This document shows, piece by piece, positions 42,629 to 52,930 of a stretch of DNA of 64,000 bases. A program made the position numbers and the translations under genes. Every line of letters begins with the position of its first letter. Within the stretch, counting starts at the first letter, position 1. Below the pieces are notes generated by a model. It did no database searches and was not told the origin of the DNA. It saw nothing but the letters and a program-made list of their open reading frames with translations. The DNA is taken from positions 96,001 through 160,000 of the forward strand of contig OZ220691.1 in the NCBI GenBank assembly GCA_965116475.1, in the 5' to 3' direction. Source of the stretch: Gemmatimonadota bacterium (GTDB lineage: Bacteria; Gemmatimonadota; Gemmatimonadetes; Palauibacterales; Palauibacteraceae).

Positions 42629-43542
42629 CCCGACGCCGCCACCGTCCCCGCCGCGGCGAGGCTTGCGGTCCGCTCCGCCGATGTCACGGTGTTCCGGAGG
42701 AGCATGGCGATCGTCATCGGCCCCACCCCGCCGGGCACCGGAGTGATCCAGCTCGCGCGCTCCGCCGCCTCGTCGAACGCCACATCGCCGACGAGCCGGT
42801 AGCCTCGCTCCGTCGTCGGATCCTCCACCCGGTTCACTCCCACATCGATCACGACGGCCCCCTCCCGCACCATGTCGCCGCGAACGATGCCGGGGACGCC
42901 GACCGCGACGATGAGGATCTCGCCCTGGCGCGTCACGGCGCCGAGGTCCGCCGTCCGGCTGTGGGCCACGGTCACCGTGGCGTTCGCCCCGGGTTCCTTC
43001 TGGAGCATGATCTGGGACATCGGCATGCCGACGATGTTCGAGCGGCCGACGATGACGACGTGGGCGCCGGAGGTCTCCACGCCCGTCCTCCGGATGAGTT
43101 CCTGCACGCCGGCCGGCGTGGCGGGACGAAACGCGCTCGCGTCCCCCTGTGACATTCGGCCCTGGTTCACGGGATGGAACCCGTCGACGTCCTTGGCCGG
43201 ATCGATCCGCTCGGTCACCTCGCGCTCATCGAGGTGTCGCGGCAGGGGAAGCTGTACGAGAATCCCGTGGATGGCCGGATCCGCGTTCAGTTCATCGACG
43301 ATGCCGAGGAGTTCCGCGCGGCCGATGTCGGCGGGCGGCTTAATGTCGCGGGCGTAGATGCCGGCCTCCTCGCAGGCTCGCGTCTTCATCCGGACGTAGA
43401 CGTGCGAGGCGGGATCGTCGCCGACGAGCACGACGCCGAGGCCGGGCCGGATGCCCCGCTCCGCAAGGCCCCGCGCCCGTTCCGCCACTTCCGCCCGGAT
43501 CTCGGCCGCGATCCGCTTCCCGTCGATGAGCTGCGCCGTCAT
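42625..43542 (-). CDS. folD: Methylenetetrahydrofolate dehydrogenase/cyclohydrolase
   Basis: GILVQLPLP, KDVDGFHP, GRSNIVG and TPVPGGVGPMT. Confidence 0.96.
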   Translation of the reverse strand: MTAQLIDGKRIAAEIRAEVAERARGLAERGIRPGLGVVLVGDDPASHVYVRMKTRACEEAGIYARDIKPPADIGRAELLGIVDELNADPAIHGILVQLPLPRHLDEREVTERIDPAKDVDGFHPVNQGRMSQGDASAFRPATPAGVQELIRRTGVETSGAHVVIVGRSNIVGMPMSQIMLQKEPGANATVTVAHSRTADLGAVTRQGEILIVAVGVPGIVRGDMVREGAVVIDVGVNRVEDPTTERGYRLVGDVAFDEAAERASWITPVPGGVGPMTIAMLLRNTVTSAERTASLAAAGTVAASG

Positions 43543-43580
43543 CCATTCTCTCCGCTGTTAGCGTGGTGTTGGCATGTTGG

Positions 43581-45152
43581 TCAGCGTGCGAAGTCCACGG
43601 TTCGCGACTCGCGCACGACGACGACCTTGATCTGCCCCGGGTACTGCAACTCGTTCTCGATGCGGCGGGCCGTCCGCTCCGACAGCCTCGCCATCTCCTC
43701 GTCGGAGACCTTGTCCGGGGTCACCATGATCCGGATCTCCCGTCCCGCCTGAATCGCGTAGACCTTCTCGACCCCGTCCCAGGAACCCGCGATCTCCTCC
43801 AGTTTCTCCAACCGCTTCACGTAGTGCTCAAACGACTCCCGCCGCGCGCCGGGGCGGGCGCCCGAGATCGCGTCCGCCGCCGTCACAAGGAAGGTCTCCG
43901 GGTAGCGAGCGGGTTCCTCACCGTGGTGCGCGCGGATCGCGTTCAGCACGCCGTCCTTCTCCCCGCACTGCTTGCACAGATCGTAGCCGATCTCGACGTG
44001 GCTCCCCTCCTTCTCGTGCGTGAGCCCCTTCCCGATGTCGTGCAGCAGACCCATTCGCTTCACGAGTTGCGTATCGAGCGCGAGTTCCGCGGCCATCGTC
44101 GCTCCGATGAGCGCGACCTCGTGCGCGTGCTGCAGCTGGTTCTGCCCGTAGCTGGTCCGGAAGCGGAGGACGCCGAGCACTTCGCGGAGTTTGGGGTGCA
44201 GGTCGTGGATACCGAGTTCGTACAGGACCTCGTCGGCCGCCTGGCGCATCGTGGTTTGAACATCCTCGCGCGCCTTTTCCACAACTTCCTCGATGCGGCC
44301 GGGGTGGATCCGGCCGTCGCCGACGAGGCGATCCATCGCCAGCCGCGCAACCTCGCGGCGGACGGGATCGAAGCAGGAGAGGATGACGGCCTCGGGCGTA
44401 TCGTCCACGACGACGTCGACGCCGGTGGCCGCCTCGAATGAGCGGATGTTCCGGCCTTCGCGTCCGATGATCCGGCCCTTCATGTCGTCGCTGGGGAGCG
44501 TGACGACCGAGACGGCCGCCTCGGAGGAGTGATCGACGGAGAGCTTCTCGATCGCTTGGGAAATGATCTTGCGGGCCTCCCGCTCGGCCTCGCCACGAGC
44601 CCGCTCGGTGACCTCCCTCACGTGCTGTGCGGCGTCCGCCCGCGCCTCGTCGCGAATCTGCCCTACCAGCTCGCGGCGCGCGGCCTCCCGGCTGATGCCC
44701 GCGATCTCCTCGAGCCGCCGTCCGAGTTCCCGCTCCCGGTCGACAAGCTCCTTCGCCCGCGTGTCGAGTTCGCCGCGCTCCGCCTCGATCTGCTCGCGGC
44801 GACGATCCACCCGCTCCTGCCGCTGGTCGATCTTCTCGAGCTTCCGTTCGAGCGTCTCGCTCCGCTCAAGCGTCCGCTGTTCCAGCCGCTCGAGCTCGGC
44901 GCGCCGGCGCTCCGCTTCCCTGGCCGATTCCTCACGGAGCCGCTGCGCCTCTTCGCGCCCCGCCAGTTCCGCCGCCTTGCGGAGGCTTCCCGCCTCCAGC
45001 CTGGCGGACTCGATGATGTCCCGCCCGTCGCTCTCGAGGCGGCCGCGCGCCCGGCGCAGGCCCCGCCGCTCGATCAGGATCCCTGCGATGCCCCCCGCCA
45101 CGAGACCCGCAATGGCCAACAGCATCGTCGGCACGGTGATGGATTCCAGCAT
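43581..45152 (-). CDS. rny: Ribonuclease Y
   Basis: N-terminal TM, coiled coil, KH domain (MKGRIIGREGRNIR), HD domain (LLHDIGK) and YAIQAGREIR. Confidence 0.95.
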   Translation of the reverse strand: MLESITVPTMLLAIAGLVAGGIAGILIERRGLRRARGRLESDGRDIIESARLEAGSLRKAAELAGREEAQRLREESAREAERRRAELERLEQRTLERSETLERKLEKIDQRQERVDRRREQIEAERGELDTRAKELVDRERELGRRLEEIAGISREAARRELVGQIRDEARADAAQHVREVTERARGEAEREARKIISQAIEKLSVDHSSEAAVSVVTLPSDDMKGRIIGREGRNIRSFEAATGVDVVVDDTPEAVILSCFDPVRREVARLAMDRLVGDGRIHPGRIEEVVEKAREDVQTTMRQAADEVLYELGIHDLHPKLREVLGVLRFRTSYGQNQLQHAHEVALIGATMAAELALDTQLVKRMGLLHDIGKGLTHEKEGSHVEIGYDLCKQCGEKDGVLNAIRAHHGEEPARYPETFLVTAADAISGARPGARRESFEHYVKRLEKLEEIAGSWDGVEKVYAIQAGREIRIMVTPDKVSDEEMARLSERTARRIENELQYPGQIKVVVVRESRTVDFAR

Positions 45153-45185
45153 GGCCAGACTCCAATCCTCGAACCATCTATGAAC

Positions 45186-45370
45186 AAAAAAACCGGCGGA
45201 CTCATCCACCGGTGCATGCCGCTCAGATCGGGCGGAGCGCTACGCTCCGGCCGATCATCTATCTGAAGCTGGGGCCCCGCACGCGCGAAGCCGCCTTACG
45301 GACAGCACAACACCGACTGCTAACTCACGCAAGGAAACGTTGCTCCGGATTCTGCACGCCGCAAGCGGAC
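45186..45370 (-). ncRNA. ssrS: Probable 6S RNA
   Basis: Lies in the zapA-rny spacer, a typical ssrS locus. The 5' CGTGCAGAATCCGGAGC can pair with the 3' GCTCCG...GATCT...GCATG to close a long rod. Ends in hairpin ACCGGTGGA-TGAG-TCCGCCGGT plus a T-run. Boundaries approximate. Confidence 0.7.
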
Positions 45371-45384
45371 GGCGGGCGGGCCGG

Positions 45385-45690
45385 CTACCCCGCGGTGGTG
45401 CCGGCGATGGACTCGAGCCGTTCGGTCACTTCCGTGACGCGCGCCTCTACGGCGGCCGTGAGCTGCTCGACCTCCTGGCGGGCCTGGAGGAGTTCATCGG
45501 TGATCTCGAGCGCGGCGAGAATCGCGGCGCGGTGGGGCTCGGCGACGCCCGCCATGTGCGCACGTTGAATCGCATCGTCCACGTACTTCGCGCAGGCCCG
45601 CGTGTGCGCCTCGCCCCGGTCCGTTCGGATCCGGTATCGATCGCCGAAGATCGTCACGCCGATCGGGGGCGACTCATCCGCTGAAATCAT
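45385..45690 (-). CDS. zapA: Cell division protein ZapA
   Basis: VTIFGDRYRI...AKYVDDAI...AILAALEITDELL; follows pheT. Confidence 0.88.
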   Translation of the reverse strand: MISADESPPIGVTIFGDRYRIRTDRGEAHTRACAKYVDDAIQRAHMAGVAEPHRAAILAALEITDELLQARQEVEQLTAAVEARVTEVTERLESIAGTTAG

Positions 45691-45947
45691 ACCTCATCCT
45701 CCACATGAGCGAGACGGTTGCGCAATCGCACGGCCTTTTCCCTGGCCTCGGCCAACAACTCGCGCAGACGACGGTTCTCCGCCGTCACCGCCTTGAGGCG
45801 CTCTTCGATGTCCGGGGTCGCCGGTCCGCTCGGGCCCGCGACCCGGGGTTCCTTCCGATGGGTCTCGATCCTGCCCGCCGCCCGCGAGAGGCGGTCGAGC
45901 AGTCGCTCGACTTCCCGTTGCCGGTCAGGACCTGCGGATCTTTGCAC
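45687..45947 (-). CDS. Short coiled-coil protein (ZapB-like) between pheT and zapA
   Basis: IEERLKAVTAENRRLRELL...LRNRLAHVEDEV coiled coil; ATGA overlap with zapA. Start uncertain. Confidence 0.6.
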   Translation of the reverse strand: MQRSAGPDRQREVERLLDRLSRAAGRIETHRKEPRVAGPSGPATPDIEERLKAVTAENRRLRELLAEAREKAVRLRNRLAHVEDEV

Positions 45948-48426
45948 CGAACCGTTTCTCCAGGGCGTTTGAGAGCGCGGACATCTCCGATTCGACGTCC
46001 CGATCCGTGAGCGTACGGTCGGGAGCCCGGAAGCGAAATGTCCATGCCAGTCCGAGGCGGCCGCCCTCGATTTCCTCACCCGAATAGACGTCGAAGAGGC
46101 GCACGTCGCGCAGGAGATCGGAGGCCGCTTCTCTCGCCGCCCGTTCGATGTCCGCGGCGGGGACGCCTCGCGGCACCGTCATCGAGAGATCCCGGCGCAC
46201 GGCCGGGAACGGCGATGTCTTCCGGTAGGCGGGCACGGGCCGCCCCTCGACGGCAGCGAGATCGAACTCGAGCGCGAACGCGGGCGCGGCCCACGGGGGA
46301 GCGTCGAGGGACGCCCCGTCCACGGCCCCCGCGACGCCGACCGTGCGGCCGTCCTTCACGGCCCGGAACCCGCCGGGGGAAAGCCAGGGTCCGGCGAGAG
46401 ACGCTCCGCGCTCCGACGCGTCCCCGGCGCCGTCGAGCGGCTCCAGCCTCGCCCCGCACAGACGGTCCGCGAAGGATCCGGCGATCTCCTTGAGATCCCA
46501 CAGGTCGAAGTCGAGGCCCGGCCCCGACCAGTGATCCGGACGCCGGGCCCCGGCGACGACGGCCCCCACCCTTCCGGACTCCTCGAAACGGCCGGTTCCG
46601 TCGACTTCCTCCTCCGGACCGGGGCCGGCCGCGTACCCGAACACGGTGCCGAGTTCGAACAGGCGCACGTTGCGGTTGCCGCGCGCATAGTTGTGTTCCA
46701 GCCGCCGGAGCAGCACGGGGACCATGGCGGAGCGTAGGCAGCTCTCCTCGGCAGAGAGCGGGTTCGGCACCGACACAACGGCGCGATTCCCCCGATAGTC
46801 CTCCGGCATGAAACTCAGGCTGCGCGCTTCGAGGAGTCCGCGTCCGGTGAGCGTCTCCCGCACCCTGGCCGCCTTTTCGATCCGCGGGTCCGCGGGCACC
46901 GCGCTCGGCCGGAACCGGCGGTCCTGGCCCGCCGCGGCGTCGTACCCGACGCGGCGCGCGACTTCCTCCACGAGATCGATCTCCCGGACGACGTCGGTGC
47001 GCCATCCGGGCACGGAGACGCGCAGCAGGTCGCTCGTCCCGCCCGCGCGGTTGCCACTGTCCACGGTGTCCTCGGCGTTTGCGCCGGGGAGCGCCTCGAA
47101 GCCGATCGGCTCGAGCGCGGCGTGGACGTCCGCCCCGTCGAGGCCGAAGCCGAGCACCTGGTTCACGCGACTCACGCGAACGTCGATCGGCGGGGCCGGC
47201 GCCGGCACCGGGCCCGCGCGGAGGCCGACGAGGTCCGCCTCGCCGCCGGCCGTGGCGAGGATGAGTTCCACGCACCGCGCAAGCGCCCGCTCCTGGGCGT
47301 GGACATCGATCCCCCGCTCGAAGCGATAGGACGCGTCGGTGGAGAGCCCCGCGCCGGTCCGGGTCCGCCGCACGCCGGCCGGATCGAACGACGCGCACTC
47401 GATGAGCAGATCGACCGTATCCCCCGTCACCTCCGTGTCGAGCCCTCCCATCACGCCCGCGAAGGCGATCGCGCGATCGCGGTCCGCGATCACCGTCTGG
47501 CCGGGCGTGAGCTTGTGCTCCTGGCCATCGAGCGTCGTCAGCGGCTCGCCCGCCACGGCCGCACGCACGCGGATCTCCGCTCCGGCCAGCCGCGCGAGAT
47601 CGAAGGCGTGCAGCGGCTGGTTCAGCTCGTGGAGGACGTAGTTCGTCGCATCGACGACGTTGCTGATCGGACGCGCCCCCACCGCGAGCAGCCGGCCCGC
47701 GAGCCACGGCGGCGACGGCCCGACCCGGACGCCGCGGATGACGGCCGCCATGTAGCGCGGACACCGTCCCGGATCCTCGATGCGAACCGTGACCCCGGCT
47801 CCGCTCGCCTCGGACTCGCCGTCCCGCCACTCGGGCGACCACGCCGGTCCCCCGAAGTCGCGCGGCGACGGAGGCCCTCCCACTTCCCGCGCGACCCCCA
47901 CGTGGCAGGCGAGGTCGACCCGGTTCGGGTTCAGGTCCAGCGCGAGACGCGTGTCGGGCAGGCCCAGCGCCTCCGCGAGCGGCGTTCCCGGCTCGAGTCC
48001 GTCCGCGAGGCGCATGATGCCCCCCTTGTCGCGGCCCAGCTCGAGTTCGGCCTCCGAGCACAGCATGCCGTGACTCAACTCGCCGCGGATCTTCCGGCTC
48101 TCGATGCGGAAGCCGGCGGGAAGTTCGCCGCCGGGCGCCACGTGCGGATAGCACCCTCCCGTGGCGATGACGGGAGCTCCGCACACCACGTCGAGCACCT
48201 CGCCGCCCCCCCGGTCCACCCTGCACAGGGTGAGCCGGTCCGCGTTCGGGTGCGGACGGGTCTCGAGGACGCGGGACACGACGATCCCATCCAGCCCCGC
48301 CCCCACCGTCTCGACCTTCTCGACCGCGGCGGCGGTCATCGTCAGGCGCTCGGCCAGGGCCCGCGGGTCGCGCAACTCCCCGCGCAGTCCGGCCAGTTCG
48401 TCGATCCAGTTGAACGAGATGTTCAT
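45925..48426 (-). CDS. pheT: Phenylalanyl-tRNA synthetase beta subunit
   Basis: HPNADRL, VVCGAP, SHGMLCS, NVVDATNYV, TDASYRFERG and FPAVRRDLS. ATG at 48426. Confidence 0.96.
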   Translation of the reverse strand: MNISFNWIDELAGLRGELRDPRALAERLTMTAAAVEKVETVGAGLDGIVVSRVLETRPHPNADRLTLCRVDRGGGEVLDVVCGAPVIATGGCYPHVAPGGELPAGFRIESRKIRGELSHGMLCSEAELELGRDKGGIMRLADGLEPGTPLAEALGLPDTRLALDLNPNRVDLACHVGVAREVGGPPSPRDFGGPAWSPEWRDGESEASGAGVTVRIEDPGRCPRYMAAVIRGVRVGPSPPWLAGRLLAVGARPISNVVDATNYVLHELNQPLHAFDLARLAGAEIRVRAAVAGEPLTTLDGQEHKLTPGQTVIADRDRAIAFAGVMGGLDTEVTGDTVDLLIECASFDPAGVRRTRTGAGLSTDASYRFERGIDVHAQERALARCVELILATAGGEADLVGLRAGPVPAPAPPIDVRVSRVNQVLGFGLDGADVHAALEPIGFEALPGANAEDTVDSGNRAGGTSDLLRVSVPGWRTDVVREIDLVEEVARRVGYDAAAGQDRRFRPSAVPADPRIEKAARVRETLTGRGLLEARSLSFMPEDYRGNRAVVSVPNPLSAEESCLRSAMVPVLLRRLEHNYARGNRNVRLFELGTVFGYAAGPGPEEEVDGTGRFEESGRVGAVVAGARRPDHWSGPGLDFDLWDLKEIAGSFADRLCGARLEPLDGAGDASERGASLAGPWLSPGGFRAVKDGRTVGVAGAVDGASLDAPPWAAPAFALEFDLAAVEGRPVPAYRKTSPFPAVRRDLSMTVPRGVPAADIERAAREAASDLLRDVRLFDVYSGEEIEGGRLGLAWTFRFRAPDRTLTDRDVESEMSALSNALEKRFGAKIRRS

Positions 48427-49457
48427 GCGAACTGCTGCAGAAAGCTCATCTCCCCCTCGTAGAGGAGCCGCATATCGGGGATCCCGTGCCGCACCATCGC
48501 GATGCGGGCCGGTCCCATCCCGAATGCATAGCCCGTGTAGCGCTCCGGGTCGTAGCCCACGGCCTCGAAGACGGCGGGGTCCACCATCCCGCTGCCCATG
48601 ATCGTGATCCAACCCGTGCGCTTGCAGGTGGAGCAGCCACCCCCGGCGCACACCGCGCACGACACGTCCACCTCCGCCGAAGGCTCCGTGAACGGATAGA
48701 AGGAGGGCCGAAACCGGCTCTTCGTCCCCGGGCCGAAGAAATGGTGCACGAAGTGCTCGATCGCGGCGCGGAACTCCACGAAATCCACGCCTTCGTCGAC
48801 CGCGAGACCCTCGATCTGCTCGAAGGCGGGCGCGTGCGAGGGGTCGAAGGAGTCGCGCCGGTACGCGAGCCCCGGAACGACGACGCGGACGGGCGGCCGG
48901 AAGGCCTCCATCACGCGCGCCTGGACGGGCGAGGTGTGCGTCCGCAGCACGACACTCTTCTCCAGGTAGAAGGTGTCCATCATGTCCGCGGCGGGGTGAT
49001 CGAGCGGGATGTTGAGCGCCGTGAAGTTGTACCACGTGGACTCGATCTCGGGGCCGAGCACGCTCGTGAACCCGAGTTCGGCGAAGATCTCGCAGATCTC
49101 GTCGATGACCCGGGTCACGGGATGCACGCCGCCGACCCAGCGCTCGCGAGCGGGAAGGGTCAGGTCGATGCGGGCGCGCGGGCCGCGGGTGGCACTCTCC
49201 AGCGCCTTCGCCCGCTCTTCGAGGGCTCCGCGCAGCACCGTCTTCACGGCGTTCGCGCGCTGTCCGACATCGCGCCGGGCCCGCGGCTCGACGGTGCCGA
49301 TCAGGGACATGACGTCGGCCAACTGACCGTTGCGGCCCAGGTATTCGACGCGGGCGGACTCGAGCGCGGCGGCGTCCCCGGCTTCCCCGATCGCGGCGAG
49401 CCCCTTCCCCTCGATGGCGGCGAGCCGATCGAGGAGAGAAGCGCCGGCCACGGTCAT
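48423..49457 (-). CDS. pheS: Phenylalanyl-tRNA synthetase alpha subunit
   Basis: [32 protein letters not shown] and GYAFGMG. ATG 49457 overlaps the rplT stop. Confidence 0.96.
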   Translation of the reverse strand: MTVAGASLLDRLAAIEGKGLAAIGEAGDAAALESARVEYLGRNGQLADVMSLIGTVEPRARRDVGQRANAVKTVLRGALEERAKALESATRGPRARIDLTLPARERWVGGVHPVTRVIDEICEIFAELGFTSVLGPEIESTWYNFTALNIPLDHPAADMMDTFYLEKSVVLRTHTSPVQARVMEAFRPPVRVVVPGLAYRRDSFDPSHAPAFEQIEGLAVDEGVDFVEFRAAIEHFVHHFFGPGTKSRFRPSFYPFTEPSAEVDVSCAVCAGGGCSTCKRTGWITIMGSGMVDPAVFEAVGYDPERYTGYAFGMGPARIAMVRHGIPDMRLLYEGEMSFLQQFA

Positions 49458-49810
49458 GGGCCGTGCGCTTTGGCCACCTCGACGAGCTTGGTAAAGGCGG
49501 CCGGATCCCGGATGGCGAGGTCCGCGAGCACCTTGCGGTTCAGGTCGACGCCGGCGCTCTTCAGCCCGCTCACGAACCGGGAATACGACATCCCGTTCTG
49601 CCGGGCCGCGGCGTTGATGCGGGCGATCCACAGGCGGCGAAAGTCGCGCTTCTTCTTGCGCCGGTCGACGTATGCATAGGCCCAGCCGCGCTCGACGGAG
49701 TTTTTCGCCGTACGATAGAGCTTCGAACGCGCTCCGAACTGGCCGCGGGCTTCCTTGAGGATCTTCTTCTTTCGACGGTTGCGTGCAACGCTGCTCGTCG
49801 CGCGTGGCAT
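49454..49810 (-). CDS. rplT: 50S ribosomal protein L20
   Basis: [21 protein letters not shown]...[10 protein letters not shown]. Confidence 0.97.
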   Translation of the reverse strand: MPRATSSVARNRRKKKILKEARGQFGARSKLYRTAKNSVERGWAYAYVDRRKKKRDFRRLWIARINAAARQNGMSYSRFVSGLKSAGVDLNRKVLADLAIRDPAAFTKLVEVAKAHGP

Positions 49811-49884
49811 GACCGCACCTCCTGATTCCTGATACTGAGACTGTCCGGATACTGTCCGGGGAACGGGGCGAACCAGTGCCCGAA

Positions 49885-50079
49885 CTAAGTCCCCAGGAGC
49901 CGTTTCACCCGCTTCTCGTCCGCTTTCGCCACCAAGGTCCCCTTACGGAGCCGCCGCTTACGCTTGGGGCTCTTCTTCGTCAGGATGTGGCTGTGGTAGG
50001 CACGCCGGCGTCGGAATTTCCCGCTGCCGGTCTTTCGAAACCGCTTCGCGGCGGACCGGTTCGTCTTCATTTTCGGCAT
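49885..50079 (-). CDS. rpmI: 50S ribosomal protein L35
   Basis: [21 protein letters not shown]...HILTKK. Confidence 0.97.
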   Translation of the reverse strand: MPKMKTNRSAAKRFRKTGSGKFRRRRAYHSHILTKKSPKRKRRLRKGTLVAKADEKRVKRLLGT

Positions 50080-50178
50080 CTTGCGTATGCTCCGGTTCAG
50101 CTCCGTCCCCGGCCGTCCGAGACGGAGTCGTCGTCCTGGAGTGGACCAGCAGCCGGGCTGCTGCGTGCGCCCGGGCTG

Positions 50179-50691
50179 CTACGTGCGGTGCGGTCCCATG
50201 AGCATGGTCATCGTGCGACCCTCGTGGGAGATGTCCGACTCCACCACCGCGATGTCCTCCAACTCGTCCTTCACCATCTCGAGGATCCGTCGGCCCCGCT
50301 CCGGGTGCGTGACCTCGCGGCCCCGGAACATGAGCGTGAACTTCACCTTGTCGCCATCGCCGAGGAACCGCCGCGCGTGCCGCATCTTGAAGTCGATGTC
50401 GTGCGCCTCGATCTTCGGCCGCAGCTTCACTTCCTTGACGTGGATGATGTGCTGTTTCTTCTTCGCTTCCCGCGCCTTCCTCGCCTGCGCGTACTTGTAC
50501 TTTCCGAAGTCCATGAGCCGACAGACGGGCGGACGCGCGCCCGGCGCCACCTCCACGAGGTCGAGCCCGCGTTCGGCCGCGAGGGCGCGAGCTTCGTCCG
50601 TCGCGACGATGCCTAGCTGGGTGCCCTCTTCATCGATGAGCCGGATGGGGCTTATCCGGATCTTGTCGTTGACTCTGGGATCTCCGTTCAC
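50179..50691 (-). CDS. infC: Translation initiation factor IF-3
   Basis: LDLVEVAP...PPVCRLMDFGKYKY...VKEVKLRPKI...MFRGRE. GTG start, with an in-frame TGA just upstream. Confidence 0.96.
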   Translation of the reverse strand: MNGDPRVNDKIRISPIRLIDEEGTQLGIVATDEARALAAERGLDLVEVAPGARPPVCRLMDFGKYKYAQARKAREAKKKQHIIHVKEVKLRPKIEAHDIDFKMRHARRFLGDGDKVKFTLMFRGREVTHPERGRRILEMVKDELEDIAVVESDISHEGRTMTMLMGPHRT

Positions 50692-50700
50692 TTCACCTCA

Positions 50701-50830
50701 TAAGAAAAGCCCGGTTCGGCGACGGCCGACCGGGCACGAAGGCACGCCCCTCGCGGGGAGTGCGCGTTCGACCCGGCAGCAGCACGATTCCGTGCGCCGA
50801 TAGGGTGGGGGCATCGCGGCCCCGCTTGTC
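50701..50830 (-). promoter_or_regulatory. Putative L20 ribosomal-protein leader with attenuator hairpin
   Basis: Upstream of infC-rpmI-rplT. AAGCGGGGC...GCCCCCACCC...GGGT resembles L20 leaders, followed by GCCCGGTCGGC-CGTC-GCCGAACCGGGC-TTTTCTT. Confidence 0.6.
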
Positions 50831-50847
50831 AGTTTTTCAACGCCCGG

Positions 50848-50876
50848 AAAGTGCCCCCGCGCCGGCCCCCTGTCAA
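50848..50876 (-). promoter_or_regulatory. Sigma70-type promoter for the infC operon
   Basis: TTGACA-17nt-CACTTT on the minus strand. Confidence 0.5.
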
Positions 50877-50904
50877 CGACCGCCAGCGGGAGAACTGGTT
50901 GACC

Positions 50905-52848
50905 TCACGTTTCGAGAGATCGGCTCTCGACGCGAAGGCGGATGCGGGCCATGAAGTCTTCGAGGGGGACGATCTCCTGTTTGCGCTCGGCGCCGCGGGC
51001 GCGGACGGCGACGGTGCCGGCCTCGATTTCGCGGTCGCCGACGACGAGGAGGTAGGGGACCTTCTGCAGTTCGCCGTCGCGGATGCGGTAGCCGAGCGTG
51101 TCGGAGCGGGCGTCGAGTTCGACGCGCAGCCCCTCGGCGGCGAGGCGGTCGCGGATATCCCCGGCGGCGCCGGCGTGCGCGTCCGTGATCGGGAGCACGC
51201 GCACCTGGACGGGTGCGAGCCACGGGGGGAACGCCCCGGCGAAGTGCTCGATGAGCACGCCGGTGAAGCGCTCCAGGGTGCCGAAGATGGCGCGGTGGAT
51301 CATCACGGGGCGGTGCGGCTTGTTGTCCGTCCCCATGTACTCGAGTTCGAACCGTTCCGGCAGGTTGAAGTCGAGCTGGATCGTGGCGCCCTGCCATTCG
51401 CGCCCGATTGCGTCCTTGTACTTGATGTCGATCTTCGGGCCGTAGAACGCGCCCCCGCCCTCGTCCAGTTCGTATTCGAGTCCGCCGCGCTCGAGCGCGG
51501 CGCGCAGGGCGCCCTCGGCCACATCCCACACCTCGTCGCCGCCGATCCGCTTGTCCCCGTCCGGACGCGTGGAGAGATCGAACCGGTAGTCGAGGCCCAG
51601 CGTCGTCATCACGGTGTCCACGAGTTCGAGACAGATGAAGATCTCGTCCTCGATCTGCTCCGGCGTACAGAAGACGTGGCCGTCGTCCATGGTGAGCATG
51701 CGCACGCGCAAGAGGCCGTGCAGCGTCCCCGACCGCTCGTAGCGGTACACGTTCGCGACTTCGGCCAGCCGCACCGGAAGGTCGCGGTAGCTGCGGGGGT
51801 TCGCCGCGTAGATCGTGATGTGGCCGGGACAGTTCATCGGCTTCACGCGGAACGCTTCCCCGTCCTCGTCCTCCATGCGGGGGTACATGTTCTCCGCGTA
51901 GTTCGGGAGGTGCCCGGAGCGCCGGAAAAGCGCCTCGCTGGAGACGTGCGGCGTGTAGACGAACTCGTAGCCGTGCGCCTCCTGCAGGTCCTCGATCCAG
52001 CGCCGGAGTTCGAGCTGCACGCGCGCGCCCTTGGGATGCCAGCACACGAGCCCGGGGCCGATCTCGTCCTGGATCGAGAACAGGTCCAGTTCCCTGCCGA
52101 GCTTGCGGTGATCGCGCTTGCGGGCCTCCTCGAGGCGGGCGATGTACGCATCGAGCGCTTCCGCGGAGTAGAAGGCGGTGCCGTAGATGCGCTGGAGCAT
52201 CTGCCGGCGCTCGTCGCCGCGCCAATAGGCCCCGGCGGCGTTGAGAAGGCGGAAGTGGCGGATCTCGCCCGTCCGGGGGGCGTGCGGTCCCCGGCACAGG
52301 TCGAGGAAGGGCCCGTTCCGGTAGACGGAGATCGCCTCGCCCTCGGGGATCTCTTCCAGCCGCTCCAGCTTGAGCGGGTCGTCCGCGAACAGTTCGAGGG
52401 CTTCGTCGCGCGTGACCTCGCGGCGCTCGAACGGATCGTCCGCCCCCGCGACCTCGGCCATCGTGCGCTCGATCTCCTCCAGGTCCTCCGGCGTGAAGGG
52501 CGCCGGAACCTCGAAGTCGTAGTAGAAGCCGTCCTCGATTGGAGGGCCGAAGCCGATGCCCGCGCCCGGAATCCGTTCGCGCACGGCGGTGGCGAGCGCG
52601 TGCGCCGCGGAGTGGCGGAGGACGTAGAGCGCGTCGGGGTCCTCGTCGCTGCGCGTCACGATCGCGACTTCCGCCCCGTCCGGGAGCGCGGCCGAAAGAT
52701 CCGTGAGCGCGCCGTTCACGCGCGCAGCCACCGCGGCCCGGGCCAGCCCCGGACCGATCGCCGCGGCGAGATCGGCGGCGCTCGATCCGCGCGGCAGGCG
52801 TTTCGAGGAACCGTCCGGGAGCGTGATGGAAATGTGGGAGTCGTTCAT
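50905..52848 (-). CDS. thrS: Threonyl-tRNA synthetase
   Basis: TGS domain, LRHSAAH, DLCRGPH, RDHRKLG, KPMNCPGH, GAFYGPKID and IHRAIFGTLERF. Confidence 0.97.
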   Translation of the reverse strand: MNDSHISITLPDGSSKRLPRGSSAADLAAAIGPGLARAAVAARVNGALTDLSAALPDGAEVAIVTRSDEDPDALYVLRHSAAHALATAVRERIPGAGIGFGPPIEDGFYYDFEVPAPFTPEDLEEIERTMAEVAGADDPFERREVTRDEALELFADDPLKLERLEEIPEGEAISVYRNGPFLDLCRGPHAPRTGEIRHFRLLNAAGAYWRGDERRQMLQRIYGTAFYSAEALDAYIARLEEARKRDHRKLGRELDLFSIQDEIGPGLVCWHPKGARVQLELRRWIEDLQEAHGYEFVYTPHVSSEALFRRSGHLPNYAENMYPRMEDEDGEAFRVKPMNCPGHITIYAANPRSYRDLPVRLAEVANVYRYERSGTLHGLLRVRMLTMDDGHVFCTPEQIEDEIFICLELVDTVMTTLGLDYRFDLSTRPDGDKRIGGDEVWDVAEGALRAALERGGLEYELDEGGGAFYGPKIDIKYKDAIGREWQGATIQLDFNLPERFELEYMGTDNKPHRPVMIHRAIFGTLERFTGVLIEHFAGAFPPWLAPVQVRVLPITDAHAGAAGDIRDRLAAEGLRVELDARSDTLGYRIRDGELQKVPYLLVVGDREIEAGTVAVRARGAERKQEIVPLEDFMARIRLRVESRSLET

Positions 52849-52930
52849 CGGCTTACCCGTCGATGCACGATTGGGCTGGATTCTCGGTGGACGCGGAAGC
52901 TAGGCCCGGGTGCGCGGATCGCCAAACGGA

